DNA of 64,000 bases, taken from positions 40,595-104,594 of the forward strand of contig JBMNVT010000006.1 in the NCBI GenBank assembly GCA_050947015.1, read 5' to 3'. This document shows positions 47,987-58,763 of this stretch, in pieces. Position 1 is the stretch's first letter. Each line of letters starts with the position of its first letter. The translations under genes and the position numbers were made by a program. The DNA is from Acutalibacteraceae bacterium (GTDB taxonomy: Bacteria > Bacillota > Clostridia > Oscillospirales > Acutalibacteraceae). The notes beneath the pieces were generated by a model, which saw only the letters and a program-made list of their open reading frames with translations, did not search any database and had not been told where the DNA came from.

Positions 47987-49708
47987 ATGCTGAAAAAATT
48001 TTTAAAGCAGTACGGCTGGAGATATTTGCCCGGCGCATTTTTTCTGCTGCTCAATTCCTATTTTGCCGCATGGTCTCCGATGTTTCTTGGAAATGCAGTC
48101 AACGGGCTGAACGCCGGAGTCGGGCAGATTGACCGGGATTATGTGCTGACACAAACCGCTTATCTGATTGGCGCCGCAGTCCTGATCTTTGCAACGAGAT
48201 ATTGCTGGCGTTATTTTATCAACGGCAATGCGCGGAATCTGGAAATTTTTCTTCGCGAGGGGCTTTTTTGCAAACTGCAGCGGCTTCCGGCTTCTTTCTA
48301 TGATTCCGCCCAGACGGGCGATTTGATGGCCCTGGCAATTAACGATATCGGCGCAGTGCGCAAAACCGCCGGAATGGTGGTGGCAAACATTCTCACCGGC
48401 GTTACCTCCGTGCTGTTTTCTCTGCAGAAAATGTTTGTCAGCATCCACCCGGTGCTTGCGTTCTGGGCGTTGCTGCCGGTGCCGTTCGCCGTGCTTTCCG
48501 TTGTTATCATCGGCGGCAGGGTTCGAAAAAAATATGCCGGTGTACAGCGCCAGTTCGCCCGCCTTTCCGGCGTCATTCAGGAAGATATTATGGGAATGCG
48601 CGTGATCAAGGCCTTTCACCGCGAAGAGCCCGCCGCAAAGGCATTCATTCAGCAAAGCGATGAAATGTGCGGCGCGAATATCGACCTTGCCAACACCTCC
48701 GCCTGGCTGAATCCATTGATTCAGATCTGTTTCGGCGTGAGCTTTCTCATCAGCTTGACCTACGGCGCAAACCTGGTACTGCGCGGCGAGCTGACTGTCG
48801 GGGAACTGGTGGCATTCAATGACTACATCCTGATGATGATGGCTCCGGTGGTCTCCCTTGGCCGCGTGATCAATTCCGCTGCACGGGGACGCGCTTCCAT
48901 GAAACGGCTGAACGATATCTTTTCCGCGCCGGAAATCCCCGCCGAAGAGCAGCAGGAATATCCGCATGAGATTCACGGCGCAATTTCCATCCGCCATCTT
49001 TCTTATGCTTATGAAGCGGACGGGCGGGAGGTTCTGCACGACCTCTGCGCCGAAATCCCCGTCGGGCATACGCTGGGGATCATCGGCGAAACCGGAAGCG
49101 GCAAATCCACGCTGGTCGACCTGCTGCTCAAATTCCGCACCGCGCCGCACGGATGCATTTGGATCGATGGCGTTGACCTTTGTGATATTCCCGCGCAGGC
49201 GATCCGAAAGGCCATCGGTTGTGTACCACAGGAGGAGTTTCTGTTTGACACCTCCATTGCCGAGAACATTCGTTTTTACGAGCCGGATACCGACGAGGAT
49301 GAAATTGACCGAGCCGCGGACGCCGGGGACCTGAAAAAGGATCTCGGCCGTTTTGCAGAAGGTTACCTGACGCCGGTGGGCGAGCGGGGCAGACATCTTT
49401 CGGGCGGACAGAAAAAACGCGTTGTGATTGCACGGGCGCTCGTTCGCAAACCGAAAATCCTGATTTTCGACGATGTGCTCAGCTCCGTCGACGTCAACAC
49501 CGAACAGCGGATTCTGCAAAACCTGCATGCTGCCATGCAGGGTAAAACCTGCATTCTGATTTCCCAGCGGGTTTCCGCCCTGCGGGATGCCGACGAAATT
49601 CTTTATCTGGAAAACGGCCGCGTTGCGGAACGGGGCACGCACCGCGGACTGATGACGCTCGGCGGCAAATACGCCCATATGGCTGAAGAACAAAATGCTT
49701 CCGGCTGA
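47987..49708 (+). CDS. ABC exporter, fused permease/ATPase (multidrug-type).
   Basis: Six-TM domain. Walker A GETGSGKST, signature LSGGQKKR, and Walker B ILIFDDVLSSVD. Confidence 0.85.
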   Translation: MLKKFLKQYGWRYLPGAFFLLLNSYFAAWSPMFLGNAVNGLNAGVGQIDRDYVLTQTAYLIGAAVLIFATRYCWRYFINGNARNLEIFLREGLFCKLQRLPASFYDSAQTGDLMALAINDIGAVRKTAGMVVANILTGVTSVLFSLQKMFVSIHPVLAFWALLPVPFAVLSVVIIGGRVRKKYAGVQRQFARLSGVIQEDIMGMRVIKAFHREEPAAKAFIQQSDEMCGANIDLANTSAWLNPLIQICFGVSFLISLTYGANLVLRGELTVGELVAFNDYILMMMAPVVSLGRVINSAARGRASMKRLNDIFSAPEIPAEEQQEYPHEIHGAISIRHLSYAYEADGREVLHDLCAEIPVGHTLGIIGETGSGKSTLVDLLLKFRTAPHGCIWIDGVDLCDIPAQAIRKAIGCVPQEEFLFDTSIAENIRFYEPDTDEDEIDRAADAGDLKKDLGRFAEGYLTPVGERGRHLSGGQKKRVVIARALVRKPKILIFDDVLSSVDVNTEQRILQNLHAAMQGKTCILISQRVSALRDADEILYLENGRVAERGTHRGLMTLGGKYAHMAEEQNASG

Positions 49709-49727
49709 CCGTTCATTCAAAACGGCT

Positions 49728-51032
49728 TCAGCGTTGAGATGCAGTCGATGGATGCGGAACCGTCTGTGAATTATCGGCAACAGATTCCTTCTGCACCGCA
49801 CCAAGACATTGTTTTATCTCCTGCATCTCAGCGCTGGTTTGCTGCGCAAACAGATAGTCATAGGAATACAGCGCAAAGCCTTCATACCCCTGCTGCTCCA
49901 GCGTTTCCAGCTGCTGGCGGATGATATTTCCCTGCCCTGCCCAAACACCGTTATCTGCCTCCGGGTCATTCGCCTTATACAGCGCAAGCCCAGCGTAAAC
50001 CTTTACCTGCGGACAGGTGACCAAGGTTTTCCATTCCTGTGCAGTACGCGTAAACGGCTTGACGGGGTTGTCAAAATGAAAATAGAGCTGCGGACAGATG
50101 TAATCGATATAACCCTGCTGCGAACACCAGGTTTCAATGTCGGCGTACATGTTCTGACAATTTTCCAAATTGCCCTGTGGAGAAATGCCGAACAAAGCGC
50201 TGCTTTTTGTTTCTTTGACCGCGCTGTAAAGCCCGCTCACCAACAGATTGATCTGCTCCATCCGCCAGTTGGAAAGCGAAAGCGGTTCACCCTCCTTTAC
50301 AGACGCGCGGTAAGCATCGTACTCCTGCTGATCGAAACTCTCTTCCTGCGTGGGGTAAAAATAGTCATCCATATGTACTGCGTCCACATCGTATTTTGCC
50401 ACCATTTCCTTGACGCTGTCAATAATCAGCGTACGCACCTGCTCATAGCAAGGGTTAAAATAGATACCGTTTTCCAACTCCACTGTCCAGCGGTCGTTGG
50501 CGGTGTCCCCATCGCTGCGCCAGATACTGTGCGGATTTGAGGACGCGAGCGTCCGCGGCGTACTGCTGGAACGGATGCGCAGCGGGTTGATCCATGCGTG
50601 AAAGGAAAGCCCTGCATTGTGCGCGGCCTGCACCATGTACGCCATTGCGTCATAACCGGGATCCTGCCCCTGTGCGCCGGTGAGCAGATGGCTCCAGGGC
50701 AAATACTGCGAACGGTAAAACGAATCCGCAAACGGCCGGATATGAACAATGACAGTGTTCATACCGGCTTCCTTTGCGTTTTTAATGACAGAATCGAACT
50801 TTTCTTTGAATATGCCAAAATGCTGCTCGTCCCCACCGCTCTGATCGAGATCCATATACGGCACCCAGACTGCCTTGAATTCTGACGATTCAAAAATATT
50901 CTCCACACGATACGGCTCCGGCTGAGCACTGGAGGCCGAAGAGGGGTTCTGCGCTTTTTTTCCGACCGTCGCCGCCAGTATTATGGCTGCAAGCAGCGCG
51001 ATCACCGGCAGAGCGCGAATCGTCTTTTTCAT
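49728..51032 (-). CDS. Glycoside hydrolase family 10-like (GHL10/YngK-type) exported lipoprotein.
   Basis: N-terminal signal/anchor MKKTIRALPVIALLAAIILAA. The FKAVWVPYMDL...VIVHIRPFADSFYRS core is typical of GHL10 (DUF4015). Confidence 0.7.
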   Translation of the reverse strand: MKKTIRALPVIALLAAIILAATVGKKAQNPSSASSAQPEPYRVENIFESSEFKAVWVPYMDLDQSGGDEQHFGIFKEKFDSVIKNAKEAGMNTVIVHIRPFADSFYRSQYLPWSHLLTGAQGQDPGYDAMAYMVQAAHNAGLSFHAWINPLRIRSSSTPRTLASSNPHSIWRSDGDTANDRWTVELENGIYFNPCYEQVRTLIIDSVKEMVAKYDVDAVHMDDYFYPTQEESFDQQEYDAYRASVKEGEPLSLSNWRMEQINLLVSGLYSAVKETKSSALFGISPQGNLENCQNMYADIETWCSQQGYIDYICPQLYFHFDNPVKPFTRTAQEWKTLVTCPQVKVYAGLALYKANDPEADNGVWAGQGNIIRQQLETLEQQGYEGFALYSYDYLFAQQTSAEMQEIKQCLGAVQKESVADNSQTVPHPSTASQR

Positions 51033-51149
51033 TTTGCATCATCCTTTCCCGAGCAGAAACACAGCCTTACAGGCAAAATTCGGCCGCCGCGCGCCGCAGT
51101 TGTTGACAGCGCCATAGAATTTTAGTATGATAAAGAGCAGAAATCCGTT

Positions 51150-51488
51150 GTGCTGCTGCGCTGGGCACGGCTTTTCAATCTATATGCCGGAGGGGGACTT
51201 TTCTTGCAGCATTGGCAAATCATTCTCATTGTCTATCTGCTTGTGATTAACCTGATTGGAGCTATACTGGTTGTTTCCGACAAAAAACGTGCGCGGCAAA
51301 ACAGCTGGCGCATCCGGGAGCGATCGCTTTTTCTGGCCGCAGCGCTGGGCGGTTGCCCCGGCGTTTATCTCACGATGAAAAAAATCCGTCATAAAACACA
51401 GCACAAACGGTTTATGATCGGACTTCCGGTCATTTTTGCAGTTCAGCTGCTCGGAACCGCCGCCATATGCTATTTTTGTTTTCGCTGA
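51150..51488 (+). CDS. DUF1294-family small membrane protein.
   Basis: DKKRARQNSWRIRERSLFLAAALGGCPGVYLTMKKIRHKTQHKRF matches the DUF1294 core. The true start may be downstream, near 51205. Confidence 0.6.
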   Translation: MLLRWARLFNLYAGGGLFLQHWQIILIVYLLVINLIGAILVVSDKKRARQNSWRIRERSLFLAAALGGCPGVYLTMKKIRHKTQHKRFMIGLPVIFAVQLLGTAAICYFCFR

Positions 51489-51556
51489 ATTATTTCAACG
51501 CTTTGAACGCATTCGTTTTCTTTTGAAATGCGCCGTCAGGGCAGAAAGGATTTACT

Positions 51557-52825
51557 ATGAAAAAAACATTTGTCACACTCGACAAACTGCGCGAAATTAA
51601 CGCTCAGTTTCCCACGCCGTTTTATCTTTATGATGAAGCGGGAATTCGTCGCACGGCACGCAGCCTGAACAAGGCATTTGCCTGGAACAAGGGTTTCCGG
51701 GAGTATTTTGCTGTGAAAGCAACGCCCAATCCAACAATCCTGCAGATTCTGAAGGAAGAAAACTGCGGCTGCGACTGCTCCTCGCTCACCGAGTTGATGA
51801 TGAGCGATGCGGTGGGCATCAACGGCGAAAACATCATGTTTTCCTCCAATGATACGCCTGCCGAGGATTTTCAGCTTGCCCGCAAGCTCGGCGCAATTAT
51901 CAACCTTGACGACTTTACACATATTGATTTTCTTGAAAAGGTGACGGGCAGCATTCCGAAAACGATCTGCTGCCGTTACAACCCCGGCGGAGATTTTGCC
52001 ATCAATAACGCTATTATGGACACTCCCGGCGATGCCAAATATGGTTTCACCTACGACCAGCTGGTCGAGGGCTTTCGTATCCTGAAAAAAAAGGGAGCGG
52101 AATCCTTTGGTTTGCACGCTTTTCTGGCCAGCAATACCGTCGCAAACGAATATTATCCCAAGCTGGCGCGCATCCTGTTTGAAACCGCCGTCAAGCTGCA
52201 CGAGCTGACCGGCGCGCGGATTGATTTTATTGACCTTTCCGGCGGAGTCGGCGTCGCTTACCGGCCGGAGCAGCAGGAAAACGATATTTTTGCCATCGGA
52301 GAGGGCGTTCGGGAAGCATTTGAGCAGGTTTTGGCGCCCGCCGGAATGGGGCATATCAAAATCTTTACCGAGCTTGGCCGCTGGATGCTCGCGCCGAACG
52401 GTGTTCTGGTTGCCAAAGCGATTCATGAAAAACACATCTACAAGGAGTACATCGGTCTGGACGCCTGCGCGGCCAACCTGATGCGCCCTGCAATTTACGG
52501 CGCGTATCATCACATCACGGTGATGGGGAAGGAAAACGCCCCCTGCGACCACAAATACGATGTCACCGGCGGGCTTTGTGAAAACAACGATAAATTTGCT
52601 ATTGACCGCAAACTCCCCAAAATTGATATCGGCGATCTTCTTGTTCTACACGACGCCGGCGCGCACGGTTTTTCGATGGGTTACAATTACAACGGCAAGC
52701 TGCGTTCTGCGGAAATTTTGCTCCAAAAGGACGGCTCCTTCCGGATGATCCGCCGCGCGGAAACTCCCGCCGATTATTTTGCGACCTTTGATTTTACACA
52801 TCTGTTTGACGGAATCCAGAAATAA
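51557..52825 (+). CDS. Fold-type III PLP-dependent decarboxylase, diaminopimelate decarboxylase-like.
   Basis: FAVKATPNP (PLP lysine region), ELGRWMLAPNGVLVAKAI, and GGLCENNDKFAIDRKLPKIDIGDLLVLHDAGAHGFSMGYNYNG (CESGD-type motif). 422 aa. Confidence 0.7.
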   Translation: MKKTFVTLDKLREINAQFPTPFYLYDEAGIRRTARSLNKAFAWNKGFREYFAVKATPNPTILQILKEENCGCDCSSLTELMMSDAVGINGENIMFSSNDTPAEDFQLARKLGAIINLDDFTHIDFLEKVTGSIPKTICCRYNPGGDFAINNAIMDTPGDAKYGFTYDQLVEGFRILKKKGAESFGLHAFLASNTVANEYYPKLARILFETAVKLHELTGARIDFIDLSGGVGVAYRPEQQENDIFAIGEGVREAFEQVLAPAGMGHIKIFTELGRWMLAPNGVLVAKAIHEKHIYKEYIGLDACAANLMRPAIYGAYHHITVMGKENAPCDHKYDVTGGLCENNDKFAIDRKLPKIDIGDLLVLHDAGAHGFSMGYNYNGKLRSAEILLQKDGSFRMIRRAETPADYFATFDFTHLFDGIQK

Positions 52826-52992
52826 GCAATTTTTGCAGGCGGTTTTGCAAATGCCGTGCTGGCGGCGACGGTCAGCGCAAAAAATGAAAACTGCGCAGAA
52901 GGCCGAAGCATAACACCGGCGCCCGCATCGCGGCTTTTTGCAATCTTTTAGCACCCCAGCCAGGCGTTTATGCTTGCTGCAGAAAGGAACGG

Positions 52993-53955
52993 TTGTCTAT
53001 GCCGATCAAAATTCCGGACAAATTGCCGGCGCAGGCAATTTTGGAAGCCGAAAACATTTTTATTATGTCGGAAGAGCGCGCGGTGACACAGGACATTCGG
53101 CCGCTGCGCATCCTTTTGCTCAACCTGATGCCCACCAAGGTGGAAACCGAAACGCAGCTGCTGCGAATTTTGGGCAATACGCCGCTGCAGGTGGAAATTC
53201 AGCTGCTGCAGACCGCAACGCATGTCGCAAAAAATATCTCCGCCGCGCACCTGACCTCATTTTATTACACGCTTGATCAGGTTAGGGATCAGAAATTTGA
53301 CGGAATGATCGTCACTGGCGCTCCGGTGGAACTGATGGAATTTGAAGAAGTTGATTACTGGGACGAGCTTTGCGAAATTTTTGAATGGTCGCGCACCAAC
53401 GTTTACTCCTCTCTTTTTATTTGTTGGGGCGCTCAGGCAGCCCTGCACTATTTTTATGGCATTCAAAAGCACCTGCTGCCCGAAAAACTGGTCGGCGTTT
53501 TTCCGCATCACACAGCCAACGTTTACCACCCTCTTATGCGCGGGCTGGATGATATTTTTCTGATGCCGCATTCCCGTCACACAACCGTTCTGCGGGAAGA
53601 TATTGACAACACAGAAAGCCTTGTGATTCTTGCCAATTCACGTCTTGCCGGTGTCAGCGTTATCGCCAGCAAAAGCGGCCGGCGTTTCTTTCTTTCCGGC
53701 CATCCGGAATATGACCGCATGACGCTGGCAAACGAATATTACCGCGACGTCAACAAGGGGCTTAACCCAAAAGTGCCATATCACTATTTTCCCGAAAACA
53801 ACCCGGCGCTTTCCCCGGAACTGAGCTGGCGCAGCACCGCTACCATCCTGTTCGCAAACTGGCTTAATTACTACGTTTATCAGCAAACACCGTATGACCT
53901 GCACGATCTGGAACAACGCACTTTGCAGGAGGGACGTTTCCCGCTGCATAAATAA
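52993..53955 (+). CDS. metA: Homoserine O-acyltransferase (MetA family).
   Basis: IRPLRILLLNLMPTKVETETQLLRILGNTPLQVEIQLL and downstream catalytic regions match MetA. 320 aa. Confidence 0.85.
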   Translation: MSMPIKIPDKLPAQAILEAENIFIMSEERAVTQDIRPLRILLLNLMPTKVETETQLLRILGNTPLQVEIQLLQTATHVAKNISAAHLTSFYYTLDQVRDQKFDGMIVTGAPVELMEFEEVDYWDELCEIFEWSRTNVYSSLFICWGAQAALHYFYGIQKHLLPEKLVGVFPHHTANVYHPLMRGLDDIFLMPHSRHTTVLREDIDNTESLVILANSRLAGVSVIASKSGRRFFLSGHPEYDRMTLANEYYRDVNKGLNPKVPYHYFPENNPALSPELSWRSTATILFANWLNYYVYQQTPYDLHDLEQRTLQEGRFPLHK

Positions 53956-53969
53956 CGCCGCAAAACATG

Positions 53970-54008
53970 CAAAACGCCGTCCGATTTGGAATCGGGCGGC
54001 GTTTTTAT
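53970..54008. terminator. Bidirectional intrinsic terminator after metA.
   Basis: AAAACGCCGTCCGATTTGGAATCGGGCGGCGTTTTT. Confidence 0.75.
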
Positions 54009-54044
54009 ACATTTTGTAATGTTTTTTGCAGATTTTTCGGGTAA

Positions 54045-55205
54045 TCAGTCTGATTCCGCAGGAACATAATAGGCAAGCAACAAATCAACAAAGCGACCGT
54101 AACTTTTTACCCCGTCCACCTGACCATTTGCCTGCAGGTAAGAATGATTCACCTGCGTGCTGACCTCGGCAACCGGCGTTTCGAATTCCTTCCAATATGT
54201 ACTGTCTGCCTGCAGATCAGTTTTGCAGATTTCCGGCAGCTTTGCGGTAATCTGTTGGTAAGCATCCTGTTCACCTGCTGCCCAGAGCGCATTGCTGGCG
54301 TAAACGTAGGCAAGCATTTCCCCACTGTATGCAAACAATGCATTGCCCGATTTGACGCAGGCAAGGTACCCCACAAAATTTGCCTCGTCCTCGCGCATAA
54401 AACCGCGCAGGTGAGAAAGTTCGTGGCAAACCGTAACCGGAATCGTGTACGCAACCGTATCGCGGTTGTAATTTGCCTCAATGGTAAACGGAGAGTAAAC
54501 CCCCGTAATATTCAAATAAGACATGCCGCGCGACGCTGCAACGGGCTTGGGCTGCGGGTAATATCCGCGCAAAACGGAATATTCTTCTCCCAACCCGTTC
54601 ATGGCGGCAACGGCGTCCTGCCGCAGATTTTCATCGGCGGCGCTTAATCCGTTCTCCCCTGTTGCAATCTGCGGCGCAAGCTCGTTGAGGCGCTCCGTCA
54701 ACAGGCCGCAAAGTTGTACGAGACGCGCCGTATCGGATTTTTTTACTGTCAGACCGCTGAAAGCAGAAAATTCTGTGCGATAATAATTGACACCGCAATT
54801 CGCCATAAAAACCGCCGCCAAACAAAGGACAAGAGCCAACACACGGGAAAACGCTCCAAACAGAATTCTGCCGCGACGGCCCCGACCGCGAATGAATCTC
54901 ACAACCAGCCGCACCAGCAGCCCAAACAATAGCAGGATCAGCAAACCGCCGCCGAATTCCAGCACCGAAAAGGGAAAAAGACCGAAAAACCATCCGATGG
55001 TGCTGACCAGAAACGGATAAACCGTTACGGAATACCATTCGGCAAAGCCTCTCCAGCACCGCGACGCAATCGCAAGAAAGACTGTAAGCAGCAGCGCGCA
55101 GGCTGCAAGGAGCAACGCCGCCCTATGTTCGGCGAAGAACGAGCGTTCCTTATGATTCCTGAACCGGAAATTTTGCGAATCCCGCATCACTTTCATCAAA
55201 ATCAC
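54045..55205 (-). CDS. DUF3810-family membrane-anchored putative zinc metalloprotein.
   Basis: N-terminal TM helices followed by an extracytoplasmic domain with an HELSH zinc-binding-like motif (VCHELSHLRGFMREDEANFVGY). Confidence 0.6.
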   Translation of the reverse strand: MILMKVMRDSQNFRFRNHKERSFFAEHRAALLLAACALLLTVFLAIASRCWRGFAEWYSVTVYPFLVSTIGWFFGLFPFSVLEFGGGLLILLLFGLLVRLVVRFIRGRGRRGRILFGAFSRVLALVLCLAAVFMANCGVNYYRTEFSAFSGLTVKKSDTARLVQLCGLLTERLNELAPQIATGENGLSAADENLRQDAVAAMNGLGEEYSVLRGYYPQPKPVAASRGMSYLNITGVYSPFTIEANYNRDTVAYTIPVTVCHELSHLRGFMREDEANFVGYLACVKSGNALFAYSGEMLAYVYASNALWAAGEQDAYQQITAKLPEICKTDLQADSTYWKEFETPVAEVSTQVNHSYLQANGQVDGVKSYGRFVDLLLAYYVPAESD

Positions 55206-55238
55206 TCCCGCAAAAAATTTCAGTTCTGCAAAACGGGC

Positions 55239-57239
55239 TTATCGTTCTTTTTTTGCAAGTTCGGCCATAGAGCACATGGTATCGTGCAGATAATTGACGA
55301 TACGTTTTTTCTCCTCCGGTTTCGGGTTGGAGGGATTAAAGGTAACACCTTTTGCGGCACGGATCTTCTTGTTCTTTTTATCCGCAAAAAGCGGATAAAA
55401 GGTGATACATTGTCCCGTTTTCTCGTAAACCGAAGCGGCAATGTTGGAAAATCCCGAGAAGAACGCCGAAACCTCTCCGATTTTATAGGCGCCGGTTTCC
55501 CCTGCTGCAGACGTATTTTCCGGAAACAGGAGGATATTGTCTCCGCATTGAATCGCATCCACCGTATCACGGATGGTGCGGATGACATCGCGCGAATTGC
55601 CGCGGTACACTGTTACGTGATCGATGCTGTTCATTGCCCAGCAAACCGGCCGCGCCAACACATGACAAAGCCAATGCCGCACCTTTGGCGAAAAAATTTT
55701 GAAAATCTTATCAATCGCACCCGAAAGGTTTTTTTCCGTCAGCTGTAGATCGACCATGTTGTTGATGATCCAGGTGCGCACCGGATACGGCAGATGCAAC
55801 TGAGTAATAATCGGTCCGTAAATTTCCAAGTGGTTGCAAACAAAAACCTTCGGCGTTTCAGACGCTTCGTCAATATTGTCCGCTCCAAGAAAGCGCGACG
55901 GAAAAAACGGACGAAACAGCGTTTTTACAACCCAAAAGCCTGCGCTTTTGGTATACGGCGCAACAAATGTCTTTTGCACGCGTTCCACCAGAAGTTGGTT
56001 TTCGGCGGGAGAACTCAGCGCAAACCGATGACGAATTTTTTCACAGCCCGCGCGATCTACCGGCTGCCGTGTGGCCAGCAGCCAACTGCGCACCAGAAAC
56101 ACAGCGCCGATGGCAAGCGAAAACAGCGCCAGCGCCGGAGTGACAATTTTACTGCTGCGCGGCAAAAAACAAACCGCCACCGCCAGTACAGCCAGCAGCA
56201 TCAGCCCGGCCGGCAGCAACGCGCCCTGAACCGCAGCGCTGAGGTAATCCTCGGTTTCCGTTTCATCCGGTGAAGCCGAACAGTCGGTCAACAACAGCGC
56301 AAACGGCTCCCGCATGGCGAGCAGCCCGCAAAGAATCCATGCGCACCCCAACCCAAACAACGGCAGCACAAAAAACGCCGGAACGGGAGAGCTTTTCCAA
56401 ACAAGGCAAAGCAAAACCGCAGCAAGCCAACAGGCAATTCCGCGCCGCTGCAGCACGGCATATTCCGTTTTTGTATGAGCAATCCACGTGGCGGCAAGCG
56501 CGCCGGTCAGAGCCGCCACCACCAGCAAAAACACTGTCAACGGCGTGCCCACCCGAAGCGATACCTGCGCAGTGAAAGCAATGCCGCAAAAAACAGCGGC
56601 CATCACATCGGTTGACACGGTTTGCAGCCAAAGTGCAAATGAAGCGGGAAGCTGTTCTTCAGCCGCCAGAGGGTGCTCTTCCGACGAGGGAAGATTCCGG
56701 CATCCAACCAGTGCGGCGCCGCACAGCACATATGCGGCAAAACACCACCCGGCGTCCTTCCGCTGGGAAATTCCCTCTGTCAGCAGAAACATCACCGTAT
56801 CCAGCGCAACATGGAGCACTGCCAACAACACGGCGCGTGTTTTTCGGGAAAGACTCGCCGCACGCTCCGTCAACTGCAGACTGAACAACTGCACCGCCAC
56901 CAGCAGTGTCAACAGAACAAGACGCAGCGCTTCCGCCGAAGCGATTGCGCAAAGTGCCAGCGCCCCTGCACCAAAAAGCAAAATCAGCGTCAGAGAAAGT
57001 ATCTTCGCACCGGAACGCTGCGCAAAAAAGCTTTCGAAGGCGCGGTTGCAAAACAAACGGTTCCAAAGAATTCCCAGCGCGCACGCGCCGAACAACAGCG
57101 CTCCCAAAGCCCATGTGCTTTCGGTCAAAGCTGAGACGCGCAGCAGGATAATAAAATCAATCAGCGCCGCCGCTCCCCAAACCCCATGCCCCAGCCGCAC
57201 GGCATAGTCTCTCGAACGGGTTTCACTGTCACTACGCAT
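55239..57239 (-). CDS. Fusion protein: an N-terminal polytopic membrane domain of about 380 aa (about 10 TM) followed by a C-terminal lysophospholipid acyltransferase (PlsC/LPLAT)-like domain.
   Basis: The C-terminal FVCNHLEIYGPI block matches LPLAT block I but with G in place of the HX4D aspartate. The ILLFPENTSAAGETG block matches FPEGTRS. The N-terminal half is hydrophobic, Ala/Leu-rich helices. Confidence 0.6.
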   Translation of the reverse strand: MRSDSETRSRDYAVRLGHGVWGAAALIDFIILLRVSALTESTWALGALLFGACALGILWNRLFCNRAFESFFAQRSGAKILSLTLILLFGAGALALCAIASAEALRLVLLTLLVAVQLFSLQLTERAASLSRKTRAVLLAVLHVALDTVMFLLTEGISQRKDAGWCFAAYVLCGAALVGCRNLPSSEEHPLAAEEQLPASFALWLQTVSTDVMAAVFCGIAFTAQVSLRVGTPLTVFLLVVAALTGALAATWIAHTKTEYAVLQRRGIACWLAAVLLCLVWKSSPVPAFFVLPLFGLGCAWILCGLLAMREPFALLLTDCSASPDETETEDYLSAAVQGALLPAGLMLLAVLAVAVCFLPRSSKIVTPALALFSLAIGAVFLVRSWLLATRQPVDRAGCEKIRHRFALSSPAENQLLVERVQKTFVAPYTKSAGFWVVKTLFRPFFPSRFLGADNIDEASETPKVFVCNHLEIYGPIITQLHLPYPVRTWIINNMVDLQLTEKNLSGAIDKIFKIFSPKVRHWLCHVLARPVCWAMNSIDHVTVYRGNSRDVIRTIRDTVDAIQCGDNILLFPENTSAAGETGAYKIGEVSAFFSGFSNIAASVYEKTGQCITFYPLFADKKNKKIRAAKGVTFNPSNPKPEEKKRIVNYLHDTMCSMAELAKKER

Positions 57240-57319
57240 TTTATTCCTTCCTTTCCTTAAAAAATATCGGACACCGTAAAACGATCCGGATTTTTAATCT
57301 TGCAATGAATGGAGTTATT

Positions 57320-58735
57320 TTATTCAGACGCCGGGCGGCGTCGCAAAATGGTTCTGGCTGCAGAAAGCAGTGGTTTCAGATTCAGCGCAAACAGCACGAT
57401 AAACATTACTGGCACCCACAGCTGCCACAGATTCACCTCTGCAATCATCATATAACACTGAACGCCGGAAACAGCCAGATTCAGCCCCATGCGAACCGGC
57501 TGAAATCCAATTTTGATATATTTGCGCGACGTGATGGCCCGCATGATAAAGACCACCAAATAGCTGACAAAGGTGGCCAGCGCCGCACCGTTAACCCCCA
57601 TCGGGGGAATCAGCAGAACGTTCAGCACCACATTAATCACCGCGCCGGACATAACAGTCAACAGGGAAAGCACGCTTTTTCGTTCCACCATATAAACGCT
57701 GTTAAGAAAATTGGCAAAGCAGGAAAACGACGTTGCGACTACAAGAATGGGAATATACCTCCAGGAATCGTAAAAAGAGGGCCCAACCAGCACTTTTGTA
57801 ATCAGCTTGCTGCAAACAATCAACGCGCTGCTTGTCAGAAACAACAGGGACGAAAGTGCGGAAAAAACTTTTGTAAAAAACTGATCGCGATTTGCAGAAT
57901 CCTTTTCCATTACGGCAGACATCTGCCATGCTTCCGTAAACACAGAAGAAACGAGCGAAACGATAGTGGGAACCTTGTAAGCGGCGGCATAGATTCCCGC
58001 ATCTGCACTGCTGATCATCCAAGTGACCGCATACCGGTCCGAAACGTTAATAATCCACCAGAACAGCGCCGTTGGAATCATCGGTACCGAAAAACGAATC
58101 ATGGTGCGAAACACTTCACGATCCATTTTAGAGAAGCGGACATACCAATGCAGGTCGGCCATCAAAAACAAGAAGATCGCCGAAATAAAATCGGACACCA
58201 CCGTCGCCAGAATATAGCCGGTAACGCCCATCCGAAACACCACAAGAAACAGGACATTAAAAATAATTGTCAGCACAGTGCTCTGCACGCCGTCGTAGGA
58301 AAACAGCTTGACATATCCCAGAGAACGCACGAACTGCGAGCACAGCGAACGCAGTGCCGACATGATGACAAACAAAACAAGCAAAACGATGTGCTCGGAA
58401 ATATCCGGCACGAGCAGAATCAGAGGCGAAAGCAGCAAAAAAATTGCAAAACCGCAGCCGGAGGTCATCAGCGCTGTGGAAAAAACAGAGGTTTTGTCGT
58501 AACTTTTATCCAGACCGAAGCGAATCAGCGCACTGGCCATACCGACGGAAACCAGCGGCATCAACAGGTTGCCGGTCTGCTGAATCAGGTCGCTGGCGTT
58601 GAATTCCGCCGTGGTGAGAACACGCGTATAAAGCGGCACCAGCAGAAACGTCAGCAGCTTTGCACTGAAGGTACCGATCCCGAAGGTGATGGTATTGGAA
58701 AGTAATTTTTTATATTTGTTTACTGCCATCCGCAA
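57320..58735 (-). CDS. MOP-superfamily polysaccharide/oligosaccharide flippase (Wzx/MurJ-like).
   Basis: 471 aa with roughly 14 predicted TM helices, typical of polysaccharide biosynthesis protein family flippases. Confidence 0.7.
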   Translation of the reverse strand: MRMAVNKYKKLLSNTITFGIGTFSAKLLTFLLVPLYTRVLTTAEFNASDLIQQTGNLLMPLVSVGMASALIRFGLDKSYDKTSVFSTALMTSGCGFAIFLLLSPLILLVPDISEHIVLLVLFVIMSALRSLCSQFVRSLGYVKLFSYDGVQSTVLTIIFNVLFLVVFRMGVTGYILATVVSDFISAIFLFLMADLHWYVRFSKMDREVFRTMIRFSVPMIPTALFWWIINVSDRYAVTWMISSADAGIYAAAYKVPTIVSLVSSVFTEAWQMSAVMEKDSANRDQFFTKVFSALSSLLFLTSSALIVCSKLITKVLVGPSFYDSWRYIPILVVATSFSCFANFLNSVYMVERKSVLSLLTVMSGAVINVVLNVLLIPPMGVNGAALATFVSYLVVFIMRAITSRKYIKIGFQPVRMGLNLAVSGVQCYMMIAEVNLWQLWVPVMFIVLFALNLKPLLSAARTILRRRPASE

Positions 58736-58763
58736 CAGGTTCCTTTCTTAAAATCCAATCTGG

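Noticed and set aside
52826-52992. S-box (SAM) riboswitch upstream of metA.
   Set aside because: The 167-bp spacer shows no S-box consensus (no CTCTTATCAAGAGAGG-like core) and no obvious terminator/antiterminator pair.
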